Positions 19,001-28,800 of a stretch of 64,000 nt of DNA are shown here, in pieces; the stretch's first letter is position 1; every line of letters starts with the position of its first letter. Position numbers and translations under genes: made by a program. The notes beneath the pieces were generated by a model, which searched no databases, had not been told where the DNA came from, and saw nothing but the letters and a program-made list of their open reading frames with translations. Source of the DNA: a virus (Duplodnaviria; Caudoviricetes); the IMG/VR virus record IMGVR_UViG_3300029288_006559, positions 70,293-134,292 of that record, one strand, 5' to 3'.

Positions 19001-20557
19001 ATAGACCCGGAACAGTGGATAGAAAGATGGAAATTAGAGATGAGATATCTGCAACAAGATATTGCCGGTAATATGGTTTATTTTCATCATCCCTCTACAG
19101 GCCCTGTAAGGCACGATGACTTCGCAGATGTTTGTTTTTTATCGGGAACTAAAATTATTACAAGAAAAGGATTAAAAGATATAGATCAAATTCAAACGGG
19201 GGAAGAAGTTCTTACTCATAAGGGAAGATATCGTAAAGTAATCAATACTTCAAAGAGAAAATATACAGGGAAAGTAACTTCTATTAAAATAAATGGGTTT
19301 AACAAACCTGTTATTAGTACTCCAAATCATTTATATTTTGCTCATGCATATCAAGAATGTAATTTAGCTGTTAAGAACAAAGGAATTTGTACACCGTATT
19401 GTCATAAAAACGGGATTAGTAGTTGTAAATTTAATTGGAAAGAATCTCCCTCATGGTTATCTGCAAAAACACTAGTAAGGAATCAACAATTATATTATCC
19501 TATTTATAAAGAAATAAAATATAATGAAAATTACATTTTGGATTTAGTAGATATTCTTCCTTCTGAGACTTTATCAAAATGTTTTGTTGAAAAGGATATT
19601 ATTTGGTATGGTAAATCTTGGTGGGACAAAGATACAAAAAATTCTAAGAGTCGTTCTATTCCGCGTTTTATAACTTTTACACCTGAATTATTTAGATTAT
19701 TTGGGTATTATATTGCTGAAGGGTCTTCTACAACTAATCAAATAATGTTTTCTTTTCATTTTAAAGAAAAAACTTATATAAATGATGTGAAAAGTCTTCT
19801 TTATAAAATATTTGGTATAAAAGCAAAAATTATAGAAAATATTTCTTCTAACAGTTGTCAAGTGTATTTTCATAATCATTTAATGGCGGATTTATTCAAA
19901 TTTTTGTTTGGTAAAGGTGCTGCTAATAAGCAAATTCCTTCTATAGTAGAATTCTCTACGTTAGAATTACAAAAAGAATTTATTGTAGGTTATTGGAGAG
20001 GAGATGGTTGTAAGAATAAAGATAATTCTTTTTCTTGTGGTTCTATATCTGAAAAATTAATATGGCAAATTAGAGAAATGCTTTTACGGTTAGGTATAAA
20101 TTCATGTACTTCGTCTCGTATTAATAATAAAAATTATATTTTTAAAAATAAAGTTCTTAAAGGTAATGGTAGTATCTATTATATGATTAAAGTACAAGGA
20201 GAGTTTGCGCAAAAACTCGCTGACATATTAGATTGTTCTTTAAAGAGCTTTGAACTGCATAGAGAAGTTTGGTTAGATGATGAAGCTTTGCACTCTCGTA
20301 TAACTAAGATAACATCTTTAAATTATTCTGGTTTTGTTTATAATTTACAAGTGGAAGAAGATGAATCTTATGTTACTCAAATAGGAGCTGTACATAATTG
20401 TGCTAATTTAGTCCACCGTATGTGTTTACGTGTTTCTCCTACGAAGGAAAGCGCAGCAGAAGCTAGAAGAGCAGGTATAGGACCGATACGTATGAATAGA
20501 GGCTATAAGCCTGTTATAGGTAAACCTTTGTGGGGAAACCGTCTCCTGCGTAGTTAA
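16100..20557 (+). CDS. terL: Terminase large subunit with two inteins (spliced product about 626 aa)
   Basis: Spliced Walker A GRRSGK|S, IMESSP, nuclease ALDPG, YDQF, HDDFADV|C. Confidence 0.92.
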   Translation: MTDLFQSYANTVLDSSNATLPVQNKVDAFEFITSPNYMGVDPFPVQRVVIKAFYNLWEKYPPDDEEQTIINVLKNNWKIDINLLRIDPIKVLLLCLGRRSGKCVGKNSKILNAKTGKYITIEELSKIDLSQVRIPTRDNNNNIIDTSNFRVEYSGKKLCYKMITRVGREIVCTKDHQFLTLGGWKTLENLVLRDRIAIPSKLPFFGDNPLTVGEAKILGYMIGDGGTTTKVPSFANTDAFVIQELNILVKTLISSDLEVKHTEAQKDYCYSICRTHAFCKTQNPMISFLKKYGVWGKLSIEKEIPPEVFMSSKNTISAFLNALYTCDGSLYIKKGKKSYKGLVLSFGVGSKLLAEGVRDLLLRFGINARIRYTPASYVNHQGERKFFDSWKTDVSSFRDISLFMKEIGFFGKKQLDAQKLFKSILSNSLKVKDSNYLFSIPKEIWKYLDEQRQKKGIVYQDLFNTRNIGGGIHKSWSINRKKLKKAASALNDSWLHSLCDGDILWDEIISIEEIGEEDTYDIEVPETENFITDNIVVHNSRLLSFIATYAMYELITLGNPQSYYNIMERHPIHVVHIASKDKQAREMFAFTSDNIRRTSFFKPYMDFDKNNMTELRLFTPYDLTLNEEIKRRNKVVVRGNKREPLLPGSLLVESITTSGATSRGKCIYLLMFSELAHFLRTSIDITSGEDALVAENPQSDYAVVKAMTPSVLDFGRDGRIIMESSPREKGGEFYHHYCIGGGIEQENFENLTFEPTYQVIQLSTWEARPSIARESLDPEFRKDPIGALMEFGAHFGNPSGKFISESVINSIPQIGRPLTRHATGTYHSFIALDPGGKAKKKVADTYALAWGHYDFSPKAENVTYWIDGMRGFDATNRYLGSGQVERITVDPNTVMGWLLDLVKDLGGKGFVDEIAYDQFDSTQPVSTLQSLGLYAIETTFTNSYKADMYGNFLQLAERGQVKMYGVDIDPEQWIERWKLEMRYLQQDIAGNMVYFHHPSTGPVRHDDFADVCFLSGTKIITRKGLKDIDQIQTGEEVLTHKGRYRKVINTSKRKYTGKVTSIKINGFNKPVISTPNHLYFAHAYQECNLAVKNKGICTPYCHKNGISSCKFNWKESPSWLSAKTLVRNQQLYYPIYKEIKYNENYILDLVDILPSETLSKCFVEKDIIWYGKSWWDKDTKNSKSRSIPRFITFTPELFRLFGYYIAEGSSTTNQIMFSFHFKEKTYINDVKSLLYKIFGIKAKIIENISSNSCQVYFHNHLMADLFKFLFGKGAANKQIPSIVEFSTLELQKEFIVGYWRGDGCKNKDNSFSCGSISEKLIWQIREMLLRLGINSCTSSRINNKNYIFKNKVLKGNGSIYYMIKVQGEFAQKLADILDCSLKSFELHREVWLDDEALHSRITKITSLNYSGFVYNLQVEEDESYVTQIGAVHNCANLVHRMCLRVSPTKESAAEARRAGIGPIRMNRGYKPVIGKPLWGNRLLRS
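16406..17716 (+). mobile_element. Intein with LAGLIDADG homing endonuclease (437 aa) in the TerL Walker A
   Basis: C-VGKNS start, TKDH block B, LGYMIGDG / LNALYTCDG, ends VVHN followed by Ser. Confidence 0.93.
19133..20398 (+). mobile_element. Intein with LAGLIDADG endonuclease (422 aa) in the TerL nuclease domain
   Basis: C-FLSGT start, TPNH, FGYYIAEG / VGYWRGDG, ends AVHN followed by Cys. Confidence 0.93.
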
Positions 20558-20558
20558 C

Positions 20559-20571
20559 GCGTGTATTGTAT
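20559..20571 (+). promoter_or_regulatory. Promoter-like motif copy
   Basis: GCGTGTATTGTAT immediately after the terL stop. Confidence 0.5.
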
Positions 20572-20592
20572 GTATAACAACCTATATATTGT

Positions 20593-20742
20593 ATGAGAAT
20601 AATTTTTAGAGATTATAGTATCAAGGGACTTTTTGGATTAATTTGCATTTTACTACACCGTCCATTTTATTTACAAGATAAAGTAGGTAATTGGTATTGT
20701 GATGTATGTAAGAAAAAACTTTGTAAAAAAATAGAATCTTAA
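20593..20742 (+). CDS. Small Cys/His protein (49 aa, not in the ORF track)
   Basis: LICILLH...YCDVC; fills the gap after the promoter motif. Confidence 0.45.
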   Translation: MRIIFRDYSIKGLFGLICILLHRPFYLQDKVGNWYCDVCKKKLCKKIES

Positions 20743-20769
20743 GGCGAATAAAAACAAAGAGAAAAGGAC

Positions 20770-21177
20770 ATGACAACTGTATTGCAAACTCTTTTATTGA
20801 TTTTACTTGGGGCTGTTTTCGCTAGTGGCATTGCCATCCTTCTTGGTCTTTTTTGGAAAAAGGGTATGGAATATGCAACCCAAATGTATTTCCCTCCTGC
20901 GGAACCTATTCCTCCTACTCCCGAGCAGTTAAGAGCTGAGGTAAGCAAGATACAATGTAATTATGATATTTTGTTTGATTCAAATATTGCAACATACTTT
21001 GCATCGGGAGTTTATGTTTTTAATTGGGGTAAAATTTATGCTGATATTGTGCATCATGTTGGAGAATATGCAAAAGATTTAGATAAAAATGTAAAAACTA
21101 TTGTTGTACGTTCTATTCGAATTAATAAAGAAGGTAAACCTGAGTTTGCCTTTGAACCTATAGTAAAACAATTATAA
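20770..21177 (+). CDS. Membrane-anchored hypothetical protein
   Basis: N-terminal transmembrane helix; AAGGA RBS. Confidence 0.6.
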   Translation: MTTVLQTLLLILLGAVFASGIAILLGLFWKKGMEYATQMYFPPAEPIPPTPEQLRAEVSKIQCNYDILFDSNIATYFASGVYVFNWGKIYADIVHHVGEYAKDLDKNVKTIVVRSIRINKEGKPEFAFEPIVKQL

Positions 21178-21189
21178 GGATTACTTTTA

Positions 21190-21480
21190 ATGGTAGCCGA
21201 TATCCAGCCTCTTGTAGTAGCTTTACAGAACAAGTTGCAGGTAACTTTAACTTATCAGAAAAAGACTACAGGTGAAATTGTTACACACACCGGGGGAATC
21301 TATGAAATAGGTCCTCATAAGAAAACAGGAGTCTCTACTTTGTGGTTGTGGGATACAGCTCTCAACGATCACATTAGAGATTTTATTATTGATAATATTC
21401 AATCTTTTCAGGTGCTTCAAACTCCCTTTCAGCCTAATGGAATATGGCCTTTAAAATTAAATGGAGAGGTTATAGGATGA
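21190..21480 (+). CDS. Stand-alone WYL-like domain protein
   Basis: VTLTYQKKTTGE...YEI...LWLWD...IRDFIIDNI pattern. Confidence 0.6.
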   Translation: MVADIQPLVVALQNKLQVTLTYQKKTTGEIVTHTGGIYEIGPHKKTGVSTLWLWDTALNDHIRDFIIDNIQSFQVLQTPFQPNGIWPLKLNGEVIG

Positions 21481-22019
21481 AAAAGAAAATCTTATTAATT
21501 TTGGATGGGGAAAAGCGTGAAATTGAGGCCGATTATTTTGATTTTAGTATAAGCACTGGCATCGGTCAGGGGTATGATTTTATTCTTTCAATAGCTTCTG
21601 CTGCCGAGGGGGAACAACAAGTTCTTGAGCCTTTGTATGGAGTAGTGCCACATCCCTTAAAAAATGCCGTTTCAACCGATCTCCCATCTACTTTAGATTT
21701 TAAATCTATAGGGTTAACTGAAAATCTCGATGCTATGCGTAGTTTGTTTAAAATAAAGTTTTTAGATACAGAGTTTGAAAAGGAGAAAGCTATTACTTCA
21801 CAATTTACATATACTTCTCCTTCTTATACTATCTCTATTCCAAACGTTTTTGAAACAGTTTTAAGAGATCTTGTTATATGGGAGAAAGATTCTATTAAAG
21901 AGCGCTTTGCAAAAATTACTATCGAACCAAAGGTTGTTTTTAAGAACCTTGATAGGACAGAATTTATAGTTCTAGAAACTATTCTCGTTCAAACAGGTAT
22001 TGTGGAAAATGAAAAATAA
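21477..22019 (+). CDS. Hypothetical protein
   Basis: ATG overlapping the upstream stop, GAGG RBS. Confidence 0.55.
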   Translation: MKKKILLILDGEKREIEADYFDFSISTGIGQGYDFILSIASAAEGEQQVLEPLYGVVPHPLKNAVSTDLPSTLDFKSIGLTENLDAMRSLFKIKFLDTEFEKEKAITSQFTYTSPSYTISIPNVFETVLRDLVIWEKDSIKERFAKITIEPKVVFKNLDRTEFIVLETILVQTGIVENEK

Positions 22020-22434
22020 TTGTATGGATAAAACTTCTCTACATTTAGAAGGGGATATGGAAAAAGATGTTCCTATTCTTTCTCCAGATATTGTTTCTTT
22101 AGAAGAGGCCGATCCGCAGGCTACAGTTGTTAAAATGGCTGATTTAATTCACAACAAACTTTATACTGTTGTTCCTAAACAACACGATCTTGCTACAGGT
22201 ATTCAACCTGAAATTCAACATTTTAATCGTAAGTACGTTTTTTTATGGGATGATTACAGTAGTTTAAATATTTTTTCAGATGCAAGATGGAAAAAGATTA
22301 CTGTACATCTTCCAGAGGGTTTACGTAACTCTCGTTCTTTAACTAAACTCGTTGGCGATGTTTATGCCTTACCTGAAATTCCCTCATCTTGGCATATTGA
22401 GGAACAACCTACTCCTCCCCGCCATGTAGAGTGA
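22009..22434 (+). CDS. Hypothetical protein
   Basis: ORF; start uncertain. Confidence 0.5.
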   Translation: MKNNCMDKTSLHLEGDMEKDVPILSPDIVSLEEADPQATVVKMADLIHNKLYTVVPKQHDLATGIQPEIQHFNRKYVFLWDDYSSLNIFSDARWKKITVHLPEGLRNSRSLTKLVGDVYALPEIPSSWHIEEQPTPPRHVE

Positions 22435-22486
22435 GAATAAATAGATAAATGGATAAGTTTTCTATTCACAATAAAAAGGAATAAAA

Positions 22487-23080
22487 ATGAAGAGTAACAT
22501 AATCAAGGGTATACTGTTGTTTGTAGCTTTATTTGTTGCAGGAATTTTATGTGGTAATTATGTTAGAAGTTCTGCACCAATAGAGAAGAGTGGTATATCT
22601 AAACTAGATTCTAGTAAAATAGGATTAAGCAAAGAGGATGTACTTAGAATGGATGACTCTGATATAGCAACAGTAAGGGAGAAGTATCTCGTTAAAATGT
22701 TATGTGATACTGCTAGAGCTTATAATATTCCAGAGTCTGTTTTTTGTGGTTTAGGTTATCATGAAAGTGCTAGGTTTAGAGTGTTACATTCAAAAGTCAA
22801 AGACAGTAATGCAAAGTTTTCCTATGGTCTATTTCAGATACAATTAGGCACTGCAGTTTTATATGATGGTTCTGCAACAGAAGAGAAGCTATTGGATCCT
22901 ACGTATAATCTACATCTGGCTGCAGTTATATTTAAGAAAAACATGGAAAAACATGGTAGTGTGGAAAAAGCTATAGCTGCACACAATGGTTGCATTAAAG
23001 ACGGTAGAATAACTAATCCAAATTATATGAAGGAAGTTTATTCTTCGATAGGAGTAGTAACGGTTAAGTATAATTTATAA
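22487..23080 (+). CDS. Lytic transglycosylase (SLT family) with N-terminal signal/anchor
   Basis: HES catalytic Glu, SYGLFQI, AIAAHNG. Confidence 0.85.
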   Translation: MKSNIIKGILLFVALFVAGILCGNYVRSSAPIEKSGISKLDSSKIGLSKEDVLRMDDSDIATVREKYLVKMLCDTARAYNIPESVFCGLGYHESARFRVLHSKVKDSNAKFSYGLFQIQLGTAVLYDGSATEEKLLDPTYNLHLAAVIFKKNMEKHGSVEKAIAAHNGCIKDGRITNPNYMKEVYSSIGVVTVKYNL

Positions 23081-23100
23081 ATTGTAACAAAGGAGATAAT

Positions 23101-23439
23101 ATGCCTAGAGATTATAAGCTGTATCCAAGTTCTAAATTAGATTCAAATTTGTTAGATCCTAAAATAAGGCCTATAGTTGAGTTATTAATTAAAAACGGTA
23201 TAGAAACAACATCTTCCTGTCAAGGAGGCAGAGGACATGCCTTTCTATCACCTAGAGTAAGTTTTAAAGGTAGTAAAAAAGATGCATATAGGGCTTTAAG
23301 GCTTGTGGAAAACAATGGATGGGCTTGGTGCTCTTTGTATAAAGGTTACTATCCTGAAGAGGGTACTGTTAAATCAAGTGATTGGTTATTACAGTTTAAT
23401 ACTCTAAATAAACTCAAAAATATAAGGGAAGGGCTTTAG
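23101..23439 (+). CDS. Conserved phage protein with TYW3-like LDxxI...TxxSCxG motif
   Basis: LDPKIRPIVELLIKNGIETTSSCQGGRGH. Confidence 0.45.
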   Translation: MPRDYKLYPSSKLDSNLLDPKIRPIVELLIKNGIETTSSCQGGRGHAFLSPRVSFKGSKKDAYRALRLVENNGWAWCSLYKGYYPEEGTVKSSDWLLQFNTLNKLKNIREGL

Positions 23440-23441
23440 AA

Positions 23442-24233
23442 ATGAATTTTAAAAATATAGGTTTAATTACATTTCTTATAAGTTTTGTAGCAGCTGTAGT
23501 TTTTGGATATCTATATTTTAATGAGAAGTTCAATCATGCTACGGATAATCAGTTGAACTTTCAAAGATACAACGGGCTTCAAGATCAAATGAATCAGAAA
23601 GCTGATAGTGTACAGACATTATCTATTCAGGTGTCAGATCTTAATAGTCAGATCGATAAAGAACGTGCCAAGAAAGGGTACTGGATGGCGGTAGCCTCCG
23701 AGTATAGAGCCTTTATAGATAGTATGAAATTATCAGGAGAAGGCGGCAGCTCTTCCGGAGAGGATTCTTCAGGAATCTACTACCGGGTGAAGTTTGATGG
23801 TAAGAAGTATTTCGTATCTTATGTAGGGGAAACTAAGTATTATCCTCAAAGCAAATCTTCAATATGGAATCTGGTTTTAGCATTTGATACTATAGATATA
23901 GTTAGTGATTTGTACAAAGATACAGATAATCTTTGGAAGATAAGAACTGTCAGCAACACCTCTGGGGTTAAAATAAAAACTTACAGCTCAATAGACAGTA
24001 CACTATTTGCAAGCATTATATCTGAATCAGCTCTTTCTATGGTAGAGCCTTCAACTGATTGGGGTATATTAGGTCAGCTGGCCATATCTAAAATTCTCCC
24101 CAATACAGTAGATGGTGCAGTTGGGGGTTATTATGGAGGAATTACTGGAAAATATTTTATTAAGGAGAAGTCTTTCTGGGTAGATGTAACGGGAAAGTTT
24201 TCTATAAAAAACTTTAAATTTGGGGGTAGGTAA
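23442..24233 (+). CDS. Membrane-anchored coiled-coil protein, possible spanin
   Basis: N-terminal TM helix, coiled coil, beta-rich C-terminus; near the transglycosylase. Confidence 0.4.
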   Translation: MNFKNIGLITFLISFVAAVVFGYLYFNEKFNHATDNQLNFQRYNGLQDQMNQKADSVQTLSIQVSDLNSQIDKERAKKGYWMAVASEYRAFIDSMKLSGEGGSSSGEDSSGIYYRVKFDGKKYFVSYVGETKYYPQSKSSIWNLVLAFDTIDIVSDLYKDTDNLWKIRTVSNTSGVKIKTYSSIDSTLFASIISESALSMVEPSTDWGILGQLAISKILPNTVDGAVGGYYGGITGKYFIKEKSFWVDVTGKFSIKNFKFGGR

Positions 24234-24432
24234 TGAATGTGAGAAATTAATTAGAAGGAGATTTAAAATGTCGCAATCGGCACAAGATGAAGAACGGTTT
24301 CCCGTATCAAGAGACTTTGGTAAATACTCTAATCACGACAAGAACGGGTTACCGTTTTTGGCATTTTTAATACTAGTTTTTATTTTGTTACTCATATTCA
24401 AACAATGTTAAACATTTTTGAGGAGATTTAAA

Positions 24433-24705
24433 ATGAATAAATTAGATAAAAGACTTTTTAGCGGAGTTCTAATTATAGCTGTTGCCGCAATAAGTTTTAC
24501 TATTGGAGTAGAAACACGTCCAATTCCTGAAATTGAACAAAAACCGATAACTGCAGCAGATAGTTTATTTGACGCTCAATGGGCGCAATACGAAGCTGAC
24601 ATAGCTAAAGATACAACCACTTGTGTGATAGGCGGGCAAGTTTGTAAGCAAGTGCCAAACCTTGCTGGTTTTATTGATTGGAAAAACAAACACAACGGGA
24701 AGTAA
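24433..24705 (+). CDS. Membrane/secreted hypothetical protein
   Basis: GAGGAG RBS; N-terminal hydrophobic helix. Confidence 0.55.
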   Translation: MNKLDKRLFSGVLIIAVAAISFTIGVETRPIPEIEQKPITAADSLFDAQWAQYEADIAKDTTTCVIGGQVCKQVPNLAGFIDWKNKHNGK

Positions 24706-24706
24706 T

Positions 24707-25003
24707 ATGAAAATTGTAGGGAAAATTTCTGTATCTCAGGTAGAAGAACCTGTTATTACTGCATTACAGGGGGTTGAGAAAAAATGTGCTGTTTGCAAGA
24801 AACGTTGGGACGATGGAGAAAAGGTAGTTATTTTTATAACTTCTACCATTACTAACGATACTATTCCTTTGCAGGATGACTCTATGCACATTGTTCATTT
24901 AAGCCCTTGTTTGGAGGAATTTGTGGGTACAATTATGGCTTCTTTTCCAAAGCCAGAAGAGGCACTAAAAGACGAGCAGATAACTCCGCCACCGCAACAG
25001 TAA
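24707..25003 (+). CDS. Hypothetical zinc-binding protein
   Basis: CAVC...HLSPC. Confidence 0.5.
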   Translation: MKIVGKISVSQVEEPVITALQGVEKKCAVCKKRWDDGEKVVIFITSTITNDTIPLQDDSMHIVHLSPCLEEFVGTIMASFPKPEEALKDEQITPPPQQ

Positions 25004-25042
25004 TTTCGTGAATTCTTTTGTGTTTATTCACATATATTGTAT

Positions 25043-25816
25043 GTGAAGCAAGCGTCCGACACATACGTAACTAGTGTTCCTGAGCCTGAGATTTCTCCAG
25101 AAGAACAGATAGGACTTGTGATTGTTCCCGATCTAAAACTTCGTAGGACCAATCCTAAAAGGTTTGATATTCATCAGGATTGGTACACATCTAACGGAGA
25201 ACACGAAGATACTTCCGTTTCTAATCGTTACGATAATACTGAACCTTTGTTTGCTAGTTTAGACCAACTAGATTGGGAAATAGAACATTATGTAGAAGGA
25301 AGTTCTTTATTTAAAGCTTCTTCTCTACATTTATTCTCTTTTGAAGATCTACTTCTTAAGCGTAGACAAGCTTATTTACAGTCTGTAGGTAATATAATTA
25401 TCTACAAAGATTTTGCTCAAGAAGTAAAAGATTTTATTGATGAGAAGTTTAAGGATTTATTAGATAGACATCCCAAAGCAAGAGAGCATTTGAATTCTTT
25501 ATCTTTAGAGTTTACTCTACGTCCGGAGGATTATCGTAATAATATTGGGGCAGAATATTATCCAGAGACAAAAACTATAGGTTATTATCTTCCAAAAGAA
25601 ACTTTGAAGAAAAATTGGGCTGGAGTTGTTCACGAAATAGTGCATGCTTTACAAGATTTTTTTCAAGACTCAGAGCCAGCACTTGTTTCTCCACCCAAAG
25701 TAACTGCTTCTTATAAAACAAATAGGTTTGTTTACAGAGCAGATAGGGGGGAAGAACAAGCCTATGCTATTGAGTATGAGTTTAAACAATGGGTGATTAA
25801 ACATGCCTGTAAATAA
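25043..25816 (+). CDS. Protein with C-terminal HExxH zincin metallopeptidase domain
   Basis: VVHEIVHALQ and downstream EEQAY; GTG start inferred. Confidence 0.65.
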   Translation: MKQASDTYVTSVPEPEISPEEQIGLVIVPDLKLRRTNPKRFDIHQDWYTSNGEHEDTSVSNRYDNTEPLFASLDQLDWEIEHYVEGSSLFKASSLHLFSFEDLLLKRRQAYLQSVGNIIIYKDFAQEVKDFIDEKFKDLLDRHPKAREHLNSLSLEFTLRPEDYRNNIGAEYYPETKTIGYYLPKETLKKNWAGVVHEIVHALQDFFQDSEPALVSPPKVTASYKTNRFVYRADRGEEQAYAIEYEFKQWVIKHACK

Positions 25817-28800
25817 TTCTCCTTCGTTACAAATTAATCCTGTTATACAAGATGTATGGAATAAATTAAAAACGGAAAGACGTCCTTTAAGTGTACAAGA
25901 TTTTGTAGGGCTTGATCCAAAGTTAGTTGCAAATGCGTTAGCATCATTGTATAGACAGGGATATGTGTATAATGTCGAAGGTCTTTGGGCTCCTACTCAA
26001 GCTACGGTTACCAATAAAGCTAAAACGTATACTCCTACAGAAGAAATTACTGGAGTTAAGCTTCCTTCAAAAAATTTCTTTGATAATTATTTAGCTCCTG
26101 TGCTATCTCATTTTTTAAAAATTCATCCTGAATATAAAGCAACCTTCGATTTCCTTTTTAAGAATCCCGTATATAGAAAAGGCATAACGGAAGATATTCA
26201 AAAGATCTTGTCTCGAGAGTATGTTAAGTTCGATCCTCGAAAAGCAACTATTCCACGCTACAAATATCCAGAAATATTAAATAGTGTTGAACAGGCTCTT
26301 GTAGAAGAATTAGGAGAAATTAATAAATATCATTCTTCTTTAAAAGGCAAAGTACCTTCTGTTGCAACAAATAAGGCTACAGCTGATTTCTTTAATCAAT
26401 TGATGCAAACTCAAGGTGATCAAATTATTGCAAATGTTTTAAATGAGGCAGGTTTAGGAAGGCCTGGTCATATTTTAACAGAAGCCGAAATTAAGCAAAC
26501 AATTGCAAATGGTAGCGTAAAAGAGGTTATAAAAAACAAAAGAATAGATAAAGTGGTTTTTCAAGATTACTTATACAATGCAATTAGTAATTCATCCTAT
26601 GCAAAAGAACATAATATTTTAGTAGAGGGAATGGGGGATGAAGATATACTTCGTATTTTTGGAATGCAGTTACAAGCTAATCTCAAAAGAGCGGCCGATG
26701 TAATAAATAATTTTCGTAGTAGTGGTTTGGTAAAAAAATATCCTGGAATTCTTTCTGGTCGGGACTTAAAAGAAGCTAACTTTACGTTAGCAGATTTATC
26801 TGATCTTATGATTGCCAATAGTGATTTTACTGATGCTAATTTTTCTAATGCTAAATTTGATGGAGCTAGAATAAAAAATAATAATTTCTACAAAGCTAAA
26901 TTTATAGACGCTTCTTTAGTAAACGTTGCTGCTTTTGAAGATAATATTATTGGTCAAGCCGATTTTCAAGGAGCGGCTATCCCGAAAGGATTTCCCGATG
27001 AATCTAATACAGGTATACCTATTAATTTGAATTTTCATGAAATTGCTCATAGTGAGGAAGGTTTAGATGCGGCGTTAAATTTAAAAAGCCATTCAGTGCA
27101 TTCTCTTCCATTAGAGGAAGAAGAAATTGATGATGCGAAAGCTATAATGAAGGCCTTACATGGAGTTCTTCAGCACAGAAATGTTCTTAGCAGTTTAAAA
27201 CTGTCTTGGGAAGAACCCGATCCTGTGGAGCTTGCTAAAGAAATGTACGATTCGGGAGAGTGGTTGTCTTATGTTCCTTCTAATGGTAAAGCAATGAAGA
27301 AACCGCGGAAGTATCAACCCGGAGAATTAGTTGCAAAATTAGTGGATAGTGAACATCCTGCCTCCGGAAAATATTATTATGTAGCATCTTATAGCACTCC
27401 CGGAACTGGTAATTATATTTTATTAAACGCACAGGGGCAGGTGAGAAAATCTCAAAATATTAGAAAAATTGAGCTACTCTCTCCAGAGCAGAAAGACATT
27501 GTTTTTGGGCAGGAGCTACCAACCCCCTCTCTTTCTTCTCTATCTTTAACTGCTTCTTCATTGACCGAAGCTCAAGTTCAGCAATTACGAACTTGGATAC
27601 AAGACCCTGAAGCCTTACCTGACTTTTTACCTCCTGACTCTATGAATTGGTTAGTGTTAAAGAACAAGTCAGGTGAATTAGCTGCCGCGGGTTTGGTAAA
27701 AGCAGAAATAAATAAACTATTTGGTAGAGCGAGGAATTTAAGTGCTCCAAAAGAACCTGTAATTTCTCCTGAGGAACAGAAAAAACAACTACAAAACCAG
27801 TCTATAGAACAGTTTATAAATAAATACAAAGATGCGGAGGAGTTTCCCGTTGAGGATGTTCTTTCTCTTATGTCAGAAACTCAGGGGGAATTACGTAACC
27901 TTATTTCTGCTTACGGGCCTATGCTTTCTCAAGCAGAAGCACGGGCTATTTTATATGGTCTTGCATCTTCTTTAAATCAATATCATGTACCTAAATCTGT
28001 TACTCCTAAGAAATGGATAAAAGCTTTTCCTTATTCCGTTAGTATGAATAATTTAAGTGATACAGGGACTGCTCATGGAGTTGCAGGAAGAGGAAAGCAA
28101 TTTGGTATTCTCATTCGTCCAAATCTTGCTCAAATGTCTCCTGAATTAGCAAATTCTACTATGATTGCTATTGAAGAAGCAGGAACACATTTAAGAGGTG
28201 CATTAGCTTTTAGTCGTATTATGCCCTATCATTATACTTCTATAGGATATAGAGGAACAGAATCTCCTACTGTTAAGAATGTTTGGTTTATTAGTGAAAT
28301 GCAAAGCGATGCTTATCAAAAAGGCAATGATGAAATAAAAAGTAAGGAAAAAGCTCGGGCTTTTCGAAACTATTTTAGACATTGGCCAGAAGTATTATTA
28401 GGAGCTATAATTACTCAAGCCCAAAAAGCAGGTGTAGATGAAATATGGATGCCTGAAGGTAAGGAAGTTATTGCAAAGACTGATGCGTCTAAGTTAAAAG
28501 AAGATAGTTGGGATTATGCATACGATAGACCTGCAAAAGCTTATGGCGGAAGACTAAAAAGCATTGGAGATAACATTCTTCTTGATCCAGGTAGTAGCTA
28601 CAAACGTACTACCAATATGGCATATGTTATTGATATTTCTGGAATAAAGCAAAAAGCTAGTTTGAAAGTAGCTTGGGAAGAACCTGAAATAGCAAATAAT
28701 ACTGAAGAGTTGATCCAACTGTTAGCTCCTTATCAAGTGTGGGAATTAAGTAATACTACACCAAAATTCTATCTTTATTTAGGAGAAAAACCTTCGTTAT

